DNA from: an uncultured Trueperaceae bacterium
GTDB taxonomy: Bacteria; Deinococcota; Deinococci; Deinococcales; Trueperaceae
DNA length: 64,000 bases
Direction of reading: 5' to 3'
Assembly (NCBI GenBank): GCA_963799485.1
Contig: CAWCXJ010000008.1
Location: forward strand, 256,001 to 320,000
Shown here piece by piece: positions 20,820 to 29,736 of this stretch (positions within the stretch are counted from its first letter, which is position 1; each line of letters opens with the position of its first letter). The notes under the pieces were generated by a model. The model saw nothing but the letters and a program-made list of their open reading frames with translations, was not told the origin of the DNA and made no database searches. Position numbers and translations under genes: made by a program.

Positions 20820-21878
20820 TTATTGGGGCGGCGCAGGTACGGCGCTTGTCAGTGCTTCGACGCTTAGACCAAGTTCTTCAGCGGCAGCTTCTAAATCGAA
20901 GGGAGGTTGGCCCAGCGCAGCCACGAGGGCTTCTTCTGTAACACCGAGAGTCGTGGCAGCTTCTGAAAAGTCAGGCGCACCACCGCCAGCAGGACCACCC
21001 GCACCGGGCTGATTTGCCGAGTCTCCTGTCGAGTCGTCGACAGTGCCCTTGTAACACTCGACGGAGTAGGGAGCTTCGTCAGCTGTCAAATGGTAGTGGT
21101 AGATGCCATCCGAGAATTCCGGCGTCACACCGACGTGCCCACCACACTCGTCTAGGTCGGCGTTTGTAACGGAGACGCCGTTTTCGCCTTTGTCGCCGTA
21201 AACCGGAAAGCCGTCCCGCAAAACGCCGACAATACGGGAATGCTCACCTTCGACATCGACGGTGGCAGTTACGCACGTGGGAATACCGTGGTAGTGATAG
21301 TTTGAACCGTCTGCTAACGGGTGACCATTACAGTCATCGACAAAAGCCGCGTGGTCGTGACCTGTTTCATCAAAGTTTCCAGCGTCATCTACGGGAAAAG
21401 AAGTGTTGTCATCGAGCGCCACATTGGTACGTTCCATATTTTCGTAGTCATTAAAAAGCCTGGCACCGCTAATGACGAAACCAATTTGGCCCAGATCGGT
21501 TTGCTGCACTTCGTCAGCGTAGCTCGGACTAAGTGTCAGGCTGACGTCAATAGGACTCGAGGTTAAGTATTCAGCGGTACTAACAACCGTAAAATCTTCG
21601 AAAGACTTATCGCTAAAGGGTTGGTCGTTGGGTTCATTAGGAATCAAGAACCATGTCGGCAGCTTGTGGTTCGGGAAACCGTCGGACGCGTAGCTGAAGG
21701 TGCCTTCACCCAAAGTGACCGTGACATTGTCTCCCCACTGTGCAGCTTCGATACCCGCCGTTGTGTCAAACTCTGTGGTCGTTTCTGCCGTCGTTTGGGC
21801 ACTGCAAGCAGTTACCAAAACCAAGCCCAGGGTGAGCAAAAGAGGTTTACCGGCGAACACTTTTTTAACACAGAACAT
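20820..21878 (-). CDS. YHYH-domain lipoprotein
   Basis: Lipobox VTAC, DDCNGH, YHYH twice, DGFPVYG, LDECGGH. Confidence 0.9.
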   Translation of the reverse strand: MFCVKKVFAGKPLLLTLGLVLVTACSAQTTAETTTEFDTTAGIEAAQWGDNVTVTLGEGTFSYASDGFPNHKLPTWFLIPNEPNDQPFSDKSFEDFTVVSTAEYLTSSPIDVSLTLSPSYADEVQQTDLGQIGFVISGARLFNDYENMERTNVALDDNTSFPVDDAGNFDETGHDHAAFVDDCNGHPLADGSNYHYHGIPTCVTATVDVEGEHSRIVGVLRDGFPVYGDKGENGVSVTNADLDECGGHVGVTPEFSDGIYHYHLTADEAPYSVECYKGTVDDSTGDSANQPGAGGPAGGGAPDFSEAATTLGVTEEALVAALGQPPFDLEAAAEELGLSVEALTSAVPAPPQ

Positions 21879-22076
21879 AATACCTCCTCGGTAAAGTAGT
21901 TAGAGAACAGGTGATGAGAGCCAACTCTCTAATCGCTGTAGCATAAGAACAAAAAGACCAGCCTGTCATCGCGCGAATGGCTGGGCTGCGTAGCCCAAAC
22001 GTCATGTGCCCTTTGGCTAGAAACGCAGGCCAAAAGATAGAGGTAACGACGATACCTGCCCTGCTAGACTGCAAAG

Positions 22077-23417
22077 GTGTCTGGGTTACCTTCATTCGAC
22101 CCCGTATTCAACCCTGTTTACAGGCGCTACCGCTTTATTGCACTGGCGGTTTACGGGGCCGTATTTGCCGCCGGTGTAGTCGACTTTGCTTACGACGGCG
22201 CACGCGTAGGCGCGCTCGTTCGTGCGCCCGAAGGTTTGCGGGTCGCTGTTTTTCTCCTTGCGCTCGCGTTGCTCGGCGCACTCGAGTTCTTTAGTTTCGG
22301 TCACTCGAGCTTTGAGCGTGTCCGCAAAAGTCAACTGCTCCCTTTCACCCTCAGGCTATTTTTGTTTGCAACATGCTTTTTAGTTACCGATCTCAAGTAT
22401 ACACGCGTTTTGTTTCTCATTTTGATTCTCTACAGCTATCTGGGGGTGGGTCGCTGGCTGAGTTACGCTCTGGCAACCGTAGGGTTTATCGTCCTGTTGG
22501 GGCTAAGTATCGGCAATCCTGTTCTCATGGGTATCCTCCCGGTCCCCCCGCAGGTACAAGGGCCAACCCAGGAGGCGTCGCAGCAGCCTGTCCAGCAGCC
22601 ACCTCCGAGACCCGACAACCCGCCGTTAAATATCGGCGAACTGATAAACGCCAGCATGGGCTCGGTTATCGCGCTCTTCTTTACGCTGTTACTAGCCAGG
22701 GCAATGGCGCAAGCCTTGCAAGACCAGCAGGAACTCAGGGCACTTAACCTTTCGCTCAACGCCTCGCACACCCAGCTAAAAGAGTACACGGGCCGCGTCG
22801 CCGAGCTAGCCGCGACCGAAGAGCGCAACCGTCTAGCACGGGACATTCACGACAGCTTGGGCCACCATTTGGCAGCTATCAACATCCAACTCGCCAAAGC
22901 CCACGCCTACCGTGAACGCGACCCGCAACGTGCGGCTGAAGCTGTAGGCCACGCGCAGCGCAGCGTCCAGGACGCCTTAAAAGATGTGCGCGAATCGGTG
23001 GGCAGTTTGCGGGAAGGCAAAGCGTTCTCGCTCGACGAATCGCTGGACGCGCTGGTAAAACGGATGCGTCACAGCGGGCTCGACATCAAGATAACCAAAA
23101 CCGGCAACGGTGAGGTTTACGGCAAACTCGCCCTGATGACCCTGTACCGCGTGGTACAAGAGGCGTTGACCAACGTCCATAAACACGCGGCGGCAGGCTG
23201 CGTCACCATCGACCTCGAGTTCTCCGAGCGGCAAGCTCGTCTCAGCGTGACCGACGACGGTGCAGGGTTCGACACTGCGGCCTGGGAAGACCAGCCGACT
23301 TTTGGTTTACGGGGTTTGCAGGAGCGTCTGAGTCTGGTGGGCGGTACCCTGCACCTGCACAGTGAACCCAAGCAAACGACCTTGAACGTCGCCCTGCCCA
23401 GATCTGCTAATGGCTGA
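22077..23417 (+). CDS. Membrane sensor histidine kinase (HisKA_3)
   Basis: ERNRLARDIHDSLGH, QEALTNVHKH, DDGAGF, GLRGLQER. Confidence 0.93.
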   Translation: MSGLPSFDPVFNPVYRRYRFIALAVYGAVFAAGVVDFAYDGARVGALVRAPEGLRVAVFLLALALLGALEFFSFGHSSFERVRKSQLLPFTLRLFLFATCFLVTDLKYTRVLFLILILYSYLGVGRWLSYALATVGFIVLLGLSIGNPVLMGILPVPPQVQGPTQEASQQPVQQPPPRPDNPPLNIGELINASMGSVIALFFTLLLARAMAQALQDQQELRALNLSLNASHTQLKEYTGRVAELAATEERNRLARDIHDSLGHHLAAINIQLAKAHAYRERDPQRAAEAVGHAQRSVQDALKDVRESVGSLREGKAFSLDESLDALVKRMRHSGLDIKITKTGNGEVYGKLALMTLYRVVQEALTNVHKHAAAGCVTIDLEFSERQARLSVTDDGAGFDTAAWEDQPTFGLRGLQERLSLVGGTLHLHSEPKQTTLNVALPRSANG

Positions 23418-24060
23418 CGTAAAAATCCGTATATTGCTGGTGGACGACCAGTACCTGATCCGTGAGGGGATCGCCTCGCTTTTGGAGCTCGAGGAGAGCG
23501 TTGAAGTCGTCGGCACGGCGGCTAACGGAAACGAGGCTGTTCAAAAAGCCCTCGAGCTTAGACCCGACGTCATCCTTATGGACATCCGTATGCCCGAGCT
23601 TAACGGGGTCGCGGCAACCGCGCAGATAAAGCAGCGGACGCCCGCTTGTCAGGTGATTATGCTGACCACTTTTGACGACGAAGAGTTCGTCGTGCAGTCG
23701 CTCCTGGCGGGCGCGTGCGGGTACTTGATGAAAGATATTCCGCCTAAAGACCTCGTGCGAGCAGTTGCGTCCGCGCACGCGGGCGTGTATCAGCTCGCGC
23801 CGGAAGTGGCGGGCAAACTCGTCGGCTCATTGCAGCGACAAGCCGCGCCCGAAAAACCCGTACCCGACCCGGCTTTGACGGTGCGGGAACTCAAGGTTTT
23901 ACGCCTGCTCGCCCGAGGTGCCAGCAACAAAGAAATCGCCAAAGCTTTTAGTGTGAGCGAGGGAACCGTTAAAAATCACGTGTCGAACATTTTGCTGCGG
24001 CTGGGGCTCAGAGACCGCACGCAGGCGGCGATCTACGCGGTCGAACACAGTTTGGACTAA
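23410..24060 (+). CDS. NarL/LuxR-family response regulator
   Basis: LLVDD, DVILMDIRMP, LuxR HTH SEGTVKNHVSNI. Confidence 0.95.
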   Translation: MADVKIRILLVDDQYLIREGIASLLELEESVEVVGTAANGNEAVQKALELRPDVILMDIRMPELNGVAATAQIKQRTPACQVIMLTTFDDEEFVVQSLLAGACGYLMKDIPPKDLVRAVASAHAGVYQLAPEVAGKLVGSLQRQAAPEKPVPDPALTVRELKVLRLLARGASNKEIAKAFSVSEGTVKNHVSNILLRLGLRDRTQAAIYAVEHSLD

Positions 24061-24100
24061 AAGCGGGCGCGAGTCGCCCGTCAGCGCGGTAAGCTCACGC

Positions 24101-24922
24101 ATGAAGCTTCGTGGCGTAGTACTCGACATGGACGGTGTTCTCTGGCACGGCGACAAAACGCTCCCCGGTTTCGGTGAACTGTTTGAAACTTTACGGCAGT
24201 TGAACCTTCCTTTTGTCCTGGCGACAAACAACGCGACCAAAACGGTCGCGCAGTACACCGAAAAGCTCGCCCGGTTCGGCGTGCAGGTCTCTCCTGAACA
24301 CATCCTCACCTCGCCCGGTGCAGCCGCAAATCATCTTCAAGAGCATTTTACGGCGGGTACAAATGTCTACGTCGTCGGTGAAGCGGCCCTGCATGAGACG
24401 GTTTCAGCGGCAGGCTTTACGGTACTCGGTCCCGATGAAATACGTTCAGGTCAGACTGCGCCCGTCGTCGTCGGCGGACTCACAACCGAACGTCTCAGCT
24501 ACGACTTGCTGGCGATGGCGAGCCTGCTCGTGCGGCAGGGCGCGGCGTTTGTGGCGACCAATTACGACCTGACCTATCCGGCTGAAATAGGCCAACTTCC
24601 GGGCGCAGGCGCGGTACTTTCGGTGATTGCGAGCGCCACGGGCGTAGAGCCGACCGTTGTCGGCAAACCGCACGCGGGCATGTTTCAGGCCGCCGTAAAA
24701 CGTCTCGGCGTTCAGCCCGAAGAGATATTGATGGTCGGGGACAGGCTCGAGACCGACATTTTCGGAGCCCAAGCCGCAGGCTTCAAGACGGCGCTGCTGC
24801 TGAGCGGCGTTTCAAAACGTGAAGACATCAGCAGCACAGACCCTGACGCCGCACCCGATTATGTTTTGGAAGATTTAGCGGCGCTCATTGAGGTTTTACG
24901 CGAACTGCGTGCCGACATATAA
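24101..24922 (+). CDS. HAD-IIA (NagD-like) phosphatase
   Basis: DMDGV, TNNA, GKP, GDRLETDI. Confidence 0.92.
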   Translation: MKLRGVVLDMDGVLWHGDKTLPGFGELFETLRQLNLPFVLATNNATKTVAQYTEKLARFGVQVSPEHILTSPGAAANHLQEHFTAGTNVYVVGEAALHETVSAAGFTVLGPDEIRSGQTAPVVVGGLTTERLSYDLLAMASLLVRQGAAFVATNYDLTYPAEIGQLPGAGAVLSVIASATGVEPTVVGKPHAGMFQAAVKRLGVQPEEILMVGDRLETDIFGAQAAGFKTALLLSGVSKREDISSTDPDAAPDYVLEDLAALIEVLRELRADI

Positions 24923-25029
24923 GTAAACTTTACGGGATAAATTGGGGACAAAGGTGTCAGCTCGTCAGGTTTCGTGTTGGCGGCCCCCTGTATAGTAAAA
25001 CTGCATTCGGCAAAACCAAAGGAGGCAAC

Positions 25030-25755
25030 ATGAAGCACCCCATCGCTTTTAGAGCACTCGTTTTTGGACTGCTAGTTGCAGGATTTGCAGCGGCACAGTC
25101 GTCAGGGCAAGATGTTGAGGTGATGAGCGGCGACCAGGCTTATGAATCATATTTAGCTGTGCCCGACGCCGCGGGGCCGCACCCCGCAATCGTCTTGATT
25201 CACTCGTTTAACGGGCTCGAGGAGGGCTACCGCACCCTGACCGACAATTTCGCTGCCGAAGGGTTTGTCGTGTTGGCGGTCGGTTGGCAGACTTTTGAAC
25301 GCGAGCCTTCAGACGAGACGGTCGCGCAGCTCGTCCGGGACAGCATCGGCTTTTTGACCGCAAGAGACGACGTAGACGCCGAACGCCTCGGCCTGACGGG
25401 TTTTTGCGCCGGTGGACGCTACACCATGCTGCTCCTGCCGCAAATCGGGGACTTCGGCGCGGGCGTCGCCTGGTACGGCTTTCCCAATGCGGGCGACCCG
25501 TCCCCGGCGGATATGATTGGCGATTTAGGCGCGCCCATGCTCATCATTCACGGCACCGCCGACCAGCCCAGCCCTATCGCCGACATTTACGGCTACGCCA
25601 CCGCGCTAGACGAAGCCGGGAAACCTTTTGAACTCAAAGCCTATCAGGGTGAACCGCACGGATTTATGCTGGAAGACGGACAACTTCGCACCGACGCCAC
25701 CGCGCAAAACGCCTTTGGTGAGATGGTGAGCTTTTTTCAGCGCAAGCTCGAGTGA
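25030..25755 (+). CDS. Dienelactone hydrolase family protein with signal peptide
   Basis: GFCAGG, HGTAD, HGF; N-terminal AAA-Q signal. Confidence 0.88.
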   Translation: MKHPIAFRALVFGLLVAGFAAAQSSGQDVEVMSGDQAYESYLAVPDAAGPHPAIVLIHSFNGLEEGYRTLTDNFAAEGFVVLAVGWQTFEREPSDETVAQLVRDSIGFLTARDDVDAERLGLTGFCAGGRYTMLLLPQIGDFGAGVAWYGFPNAGDPSPADMIGDLGAPMLIIHGTADQPSPIADIYGYATALDEAGKPFELKAYQGEPHGFMLEDGQLRTDATAQNAFGEMVSFFQRKLE

Positions 25756-25829
25756 CTGCCGGACAAAAACCAAGCTGCCACACAGCGTCCCCGGCTCACG
25801 CCTGCTACCGTTGGGGTGGAGGTTACACC

Positions 25830-27041
25830 GTGTACCGTTCGTACCTGCAGCACGCACTGCTCCCTTTAGTTCTTACGCTCGCCGCTTGCGGCAGCCCCCA
25901 GGCCGCTGCGAGCACGCCTGAGACCGGTTCGCCGGAGGTCAGCCTCGAGCCCGTCGTGTCGGGTCTCGAGCAGCCTACTTCGGTGGTCAGCGCCGCCGAC
26001 GGCTCCGGGCGGCTGTTTATCACTCAAAAAACCGGCTTGGCCCGCGTCATAGCAGGTGGCGAGGTGCTGAATACACCTTTTTTAGACCTGACCGGCGCTG
26101 TTTCGACGAGTAGCGAACAAGGGCTTTTAGGACTCGCCTTCCACCCAAACTACGCAGAGAACGGGCGCTTTTTCGTCAACTACACGCGTCGGGACGGCAC
26201 CACCGTCATCTCCGAATTCGCCGTTTCAGACGACCCCAACGTCGCCGACCCCGCTTCGGAACGGGTTTTACTGACCATCTCGCAACCCTACCCCAACCAT
26301 AACGGCGGCAACCTCGTGTTCGGCCCGGACGGATTTCTTTATATCGGCACCGGCGACGGCGGCGCGGGCGGCGACCCCGAAAATAACGCCCAGGACAAGA
26401 GTGCGCTGCTCGGCAAAATGCTCCGTATCGACGTCGATAACGCTGCTGACGGCGAACCCTACGGGATTCCGGAGAGCAATCCGTTTGTCGGCACCGACGG
26501 GGCCGCACCCGAGGTGTGGGCGTATGGGCTGCGTAACCCGTGGCGTTTTTCGTTCGACCGGGAGACCGGCGACCTGTGGATTGCCGACGTGGGGCAAAAC
26601 CGTATCGAAGAGGTAAACCGGCAACCGGCTGCCAGCACCGGCGGCGAAAACTACGGCTGGAACCTGACCGAAGGCTCGAGCTGCTTCGACCCGGCCGACC
26701 CGTTGGCGGTTCCGGAAACCTGCGATAAAACCGGCCTGACCCTGCCGGTACTCGAGTACAGCTACAACCAGGGCCGGTCGATTATCGGCGGTTACGTCTA
26801 CCGGGGTGAGCGTGTGCCGGAGCTTGACGGACGTTATGTTTACGGCGATTTCGTCAGTCAAACGATCTGGAGCGCAGCGGTAGCGGGCGAAGGTGCGGGG
26901 ACGGCCTATAGCAGCACACCGCTGCTCGAGTCGGGCTTTAACGTCGTCGCGTTCGGTGAAGACGAAGCCGGTGAACTGTACGTCGCCGATTACGGCGGCA
27001 CGCTCTACCGGTTTGCGCCGGCTGCACAAGCCGGCAACTGA
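25830..27041 (+). CDS. PQQ-dependent sugar dehydrogenase (GSDH family) lipoprotein
   Basis: LAAC lipobox, EQGLLGLAFHP, NHNGG, GLRNPWR, NYGW; GGAGG RBS before GTG 25830. Confidence 0.92.
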   Translation: MYRSYLQHALLPLVLTLAACGSPQAAASTPETGSPEVSLEPVVSGLEQPTSVVSAADGSGRLFITQKTGLARVIAGGEVLNTPFLDLTGAVSTSSEQGLLGLAFHPNYAENGRFFVNYTRRDGTTVISEFAVSDDPNVADPASERVLLTISQPYPNHNGGNLVFGPDGFLYIGTGDGGAGGDPENNAQDKSALLGKMLRIDVDNAADGEPYGIPESNPFVGTDGAAPEVWAYGLRNPWRFSFDRETGDLWIADVGQNRIEEVNRQPAASTGGENYGWNLTEGSSCFDPADPLAVPETCDKTGLTLPVLEYSYNQGRSIIGGYVYRGERVPELDGRYVYGDFVSQTIWSAAVAGEGAGTAYSSTPLLESGFNVVAFGEDEAGELYVADYGGTLYRFAPAAQAGN

Positions 27042-27054
27042 GCTTTACCCCACG

Positions 27055-27103
27055 GACTCTGTAACACCATAGTTGCTGGTGTTACAAAGTCTGTGTAACA
27101 CCA
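27055..27103. repeat. Three copies of TGTAACACCA (inverted pair plus direct copy)
   Basis: gactctgtaacacca 27055-27069, tggtgttacaaagtc 27077-27091, tgtaacacca 27094-27103. Confidence 0.75.
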
Positions 27104-27212
27104 CTCACGGCACCGTCGCTCTTTGAACGCTCGGGCGAACGCTACGGTTACGGCGTGCTGCGTTTTAGCGGGTCAGAAGCGCGGCGTGGCCCGAGGTTCC
27201 GGGCGTCGCCCT

Positions 27213-27237
27213 ATAACCGACAAAAATAGTAGGGATT
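27213..27237. promoter_or_regulatory. Putative Rrf2/IscR-like operator upstream of fbpC
   Basis: ATAACCGACAAAAATAGTAGGGATT; 15/25 identical to the site before fbpA. Confidence 0.55.
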
Positions 27238-27258
27238 CTGTTAGAGTGGCCTTGCTCT

Positions 27259-28419
27259 ATGACGCACTTTCAGACGCCCCCACCAGAAACGACGAAGACG
27301 GGTGTGCTCGAGCTGAGCGGCTTGACCAAAAGCTATCAAGACCCCGCTCAACCTGCCTTACACGACATCTCCCTGACCATTGCAACGGGCGAACTCGTCT
27401 CGGTGCTGGGGCCGTCGGGATGCGGTAAAACGACCTTGCTGCGGCTGATTGCGGGGTTCGAGCGGCCCGACGCGGGTACGATCCGGGTAGGTGAGCGGGT
27501 CGTCGCGGGGCCGCGCTGGGTGCCGCCGGAAGCGCGCGGTATCGGCTTCGTCTTTCAGGATTACGCGCTGTTTCCGCACCTGACGGTCACGCAAAACGTC
27601 GCCTTCGGTTTGCCGCATTTAGGCCGCAAAGCGCGGCGAAAACGTACCCAAGAGGTCTTGAATCTGGTCGGCTTGACGATTTTTGCGGCGCGTTACCCGC
27701 ATCAGCTTTCGGGTGGGCAGCAGCAGCGGGTCGCTTTGGCCCGCGCCCTCGCACCCGAACCCGCCGTGATGCTCCTCGACGAACCCTTTAGCAACCTCGA
27801 CGCGGCCCTCAGAAACAGCACCCGCAAAGAGGTGCGGCGGCTGCTCAAACTCGCCGGAGTCACCGCCATTTTGGTCACGCACGACCAGGAAGAGGCGCTG
27901 AGTTTCGCCGAACGCCTGGTGCTGTTGCGGGCCGGAGAACTCGAGCAGCAGGGTGCGCCCGAAACCGTCTACGCCCGTCCGCGTACCGCTTTTGCCGCGA
28001 GCTTTTTGGGTACGACCAACCTGCTCCGCGGCGACGCCTGCGGGGATTTGGCCCGAACACCGCTGGGGACGCTCACGCTTATCCGGCAGGCGCAGGGCAG
28101 CGTCTTGTTGTCGCTCCGGCCCGAAGACGTGACGTTCGCCGGTCACGGGTTGCGGGGGCGGGTCGTTACCCGCGAGTTCAGGGGTCACGACCTGACCTAC
28201 AGCTGCGAAATCTACAGCGACGACCATAAAGGCCACAATAATGACGACCACAGTAATGACCGCCGTCACGAAACCCGCGAAACCAGGGCCGAACCGGGCA
28301 AGCTTGCGAGGCTGACGGTGCAGACCGGGCCGGAGTGCCCGTACCGGGTCGGCGACACGGTTTTTCTGGTCGCAAAAGGTCGAGCAGTACCGCTCGAGGG
28401 CCCCGCTCCACTAGGCTAA
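27259..28419 (+). CDS. fbpC: Fe(III) ABC transporter ATP-binding protein (FbpC-like)
   Basis: GPSGCGKT, VPPEAR, FQDYALFPH, LSGGQQQR, DEPFSNLD. Confidence 0.88.
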   Translation: MTHFQTPPPETTKTGVLELSGLTKSYQDPAQPALHDISLTIATGELVSVLGPSGCGKTTLLRLIAGFERPDAGTIRVGERVVAGPRWVPPEARGIGFVFQDYALFPHLTVTQNVAFGLPHLGRKARRKRTQEVLNLVGLTIFAARYPHQLSGGQQQRVALARALAPEPAVMLLDEPFSNLDAALRNSTRKEVRRLLKLAGVTAILVTHDQEEALSFAERLVLLRAGELEQQGAPETVYARPRTAFAASFLGTTNLLRGDACGDLARTPLGTLTLIRQAQGSVLLSLRPEDVTFAGHGLRGRVVTREFRGHDLTYSCEIYSDDHKGHNNDDHSNDRRHETRETRAEPGKLARLTVQTGPECPYRVGDTVFLVAKGRAVPLEGPAPLG

Positions 28420-28456
28420 CTACCACCGGCCAACTACCCGTCCCGGCCTTGCCTGG

Positions 28457-28523
28457 TTGACACGCTACCCAATCACACGCTACGATGCCCTTGCGTTTAA
28501 TCCCAACCTAAACGCTCGGATAT
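28457..28523 (+). promoter_or_regulatory. Sigma70 promoter (TTGACA-N18-TACGAT) and downstream Rrf2/IscR-like operator for fbpA
   Basis: TTGACA 28457, TACGAT 28481; reverse complement of 28499-28523 is ATATCCGAGCGTTTAGGTTGGGATT. Confidence 0.6.
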
Positions 28524-28555
28524 AAAACTGCTACTTATCCTCAGAGGAGGCGTCA

Positions 28556-29539
28556 ATGAAACGTCTGTTGGTCGTACTATCTTGTTTGCTGGTCGGAACC
28601 CAAACCCTGGCTCAAACCCTGACGGTCTATTCGGGCCGTAACGAAGAGTTTATCGCCCCGGTCGTCGAAGGCTTTACCGCCGCCACCGGCCTCGAGGTCG
28701 AGGTGCGTTACGGTGACACCGCCGAACTCGCCGCCACCATCTTGGAAGAAGGGCAAAACAGCCCCGCCGACGTGTTTTTAGCGCAAGATGCGGGCGCGCT
28801 CGGCGCACTTTCGCAAGCCGGGCTCTTCGCGCCGTTACCGGACGCGACGCTTGCAAAGGTCGAACCGCGTTTTCGCAGCGCCGAGGGGCTCTGGGTCGGC
28901 GTCACCGGGCGGGCGCGGGTTCTGGCGTACAACACGGGCGTCTACACCCCCGAAACACTGCCCCGAAGTATCTTCGATCTGACCGACGAGGCGTACCGTG
29001 GACGCGTAGGTTGGGCACCGTCGAACGGCTCGTTTCAGGCGTTTGTCACGGCGATGCGGGTTTTAGAAGGCGACGCGCGTACCCGTGCGTGGCTGACCGG
29101 GATGATGGCAAACGGCGTACAGGTTTATCCGGACAACTCGTCGCAATTAGAGGCGCTTTCGCGAGGCGAAATCGACCTGGGGCTCGTCAACCACTACTAC
29201 TTGTACCGCTACCTGGCCGAACAGGGCGACAGCTTTCCGGTACGCAACTACTACTTTGAAGACGCCGATTTGGGTTCGCTCATCAACGTCGCCGGAGCCG
29301 GTATCCTGAAAACGACCGATCAGCCGGACGAAGCGCAGAGGTTTGTAGACTACCTGCTCGGTCAGAGCGCGCAGGAGCACTTTACCAACACGGTCTACGA
29401 ATACCCGCTGGTCAGCGGCGTCCCTACGAATGAACTGCTCGTCCCGCTTTCCGAAATCGAGACCCCCGACCTCGACTTGTCGAATCTGGACGATTTAGAG
29501 GGGACGCTCGAGCTGCTCGCCGAAGTCGGCGCACTCTAA
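28556..29539 (+). CDS. fbpA: Fe(III) ABC transporter substrate-binding protein (FbpA/FutA-like)
   Basis: LTVYSGR, EG.NSPADV, GRARV, NHYY iron-ligand tyrosines, EYP. Confidence 0.9.
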   Translation: MKRLLVVLSCLLVGTQTLAQTLTVYSGRNEEFIAPVVEGFTAATGLEVEVRYGDTAELAATILEEGQNSPADVFLAQDAGALGALSQAGLFAPLPDATLAKVEPRFRSAEGLWVGVTGRARVLAYNTGVYTPETLPRSIFDLTDEAYRGRVGWAPSNGSFQAFVTAMRVLEGDARTRAWLTGMMANGVQVYPDNSSQLEALSRGEIDLGLVNHYYLYRYLAEQGDSFPVRNYYFEDADLGSLINVAGAGILKTTDQPDEAQRFVDYLLGQSAQEHFTNTVYEYPLVSGVPTNELLVPLSEIETPDLDLSNLDDLEGTLELLAEVGAL

Positions 29540-29736
29540 CACCGTTCTCGCCAAACCTGAGTCTAGTGGGCGGTGTTGTGCTTCGGAGCCAGCCGCCCAA
29601 ACTCGTGTGACCGGTTCCGGCGTCTTTCATAGCAAGTACGAGCTTGTAAAAGGTGCGCTCAGCCCGGGTTCTGCCGACCGGCACGCAGGTAAGCCTACAC
29701 CGGTGTTCACCTCTCATAAAGCTGTCAGGATAGTCT

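Noticed and set aside
27055..27103. Possible CRISPR array
   Set aside because: Repeats are only 10 bp, in mixed orientation, with no spacers or cas genes; no CRISPR array was seen anywhere in the window
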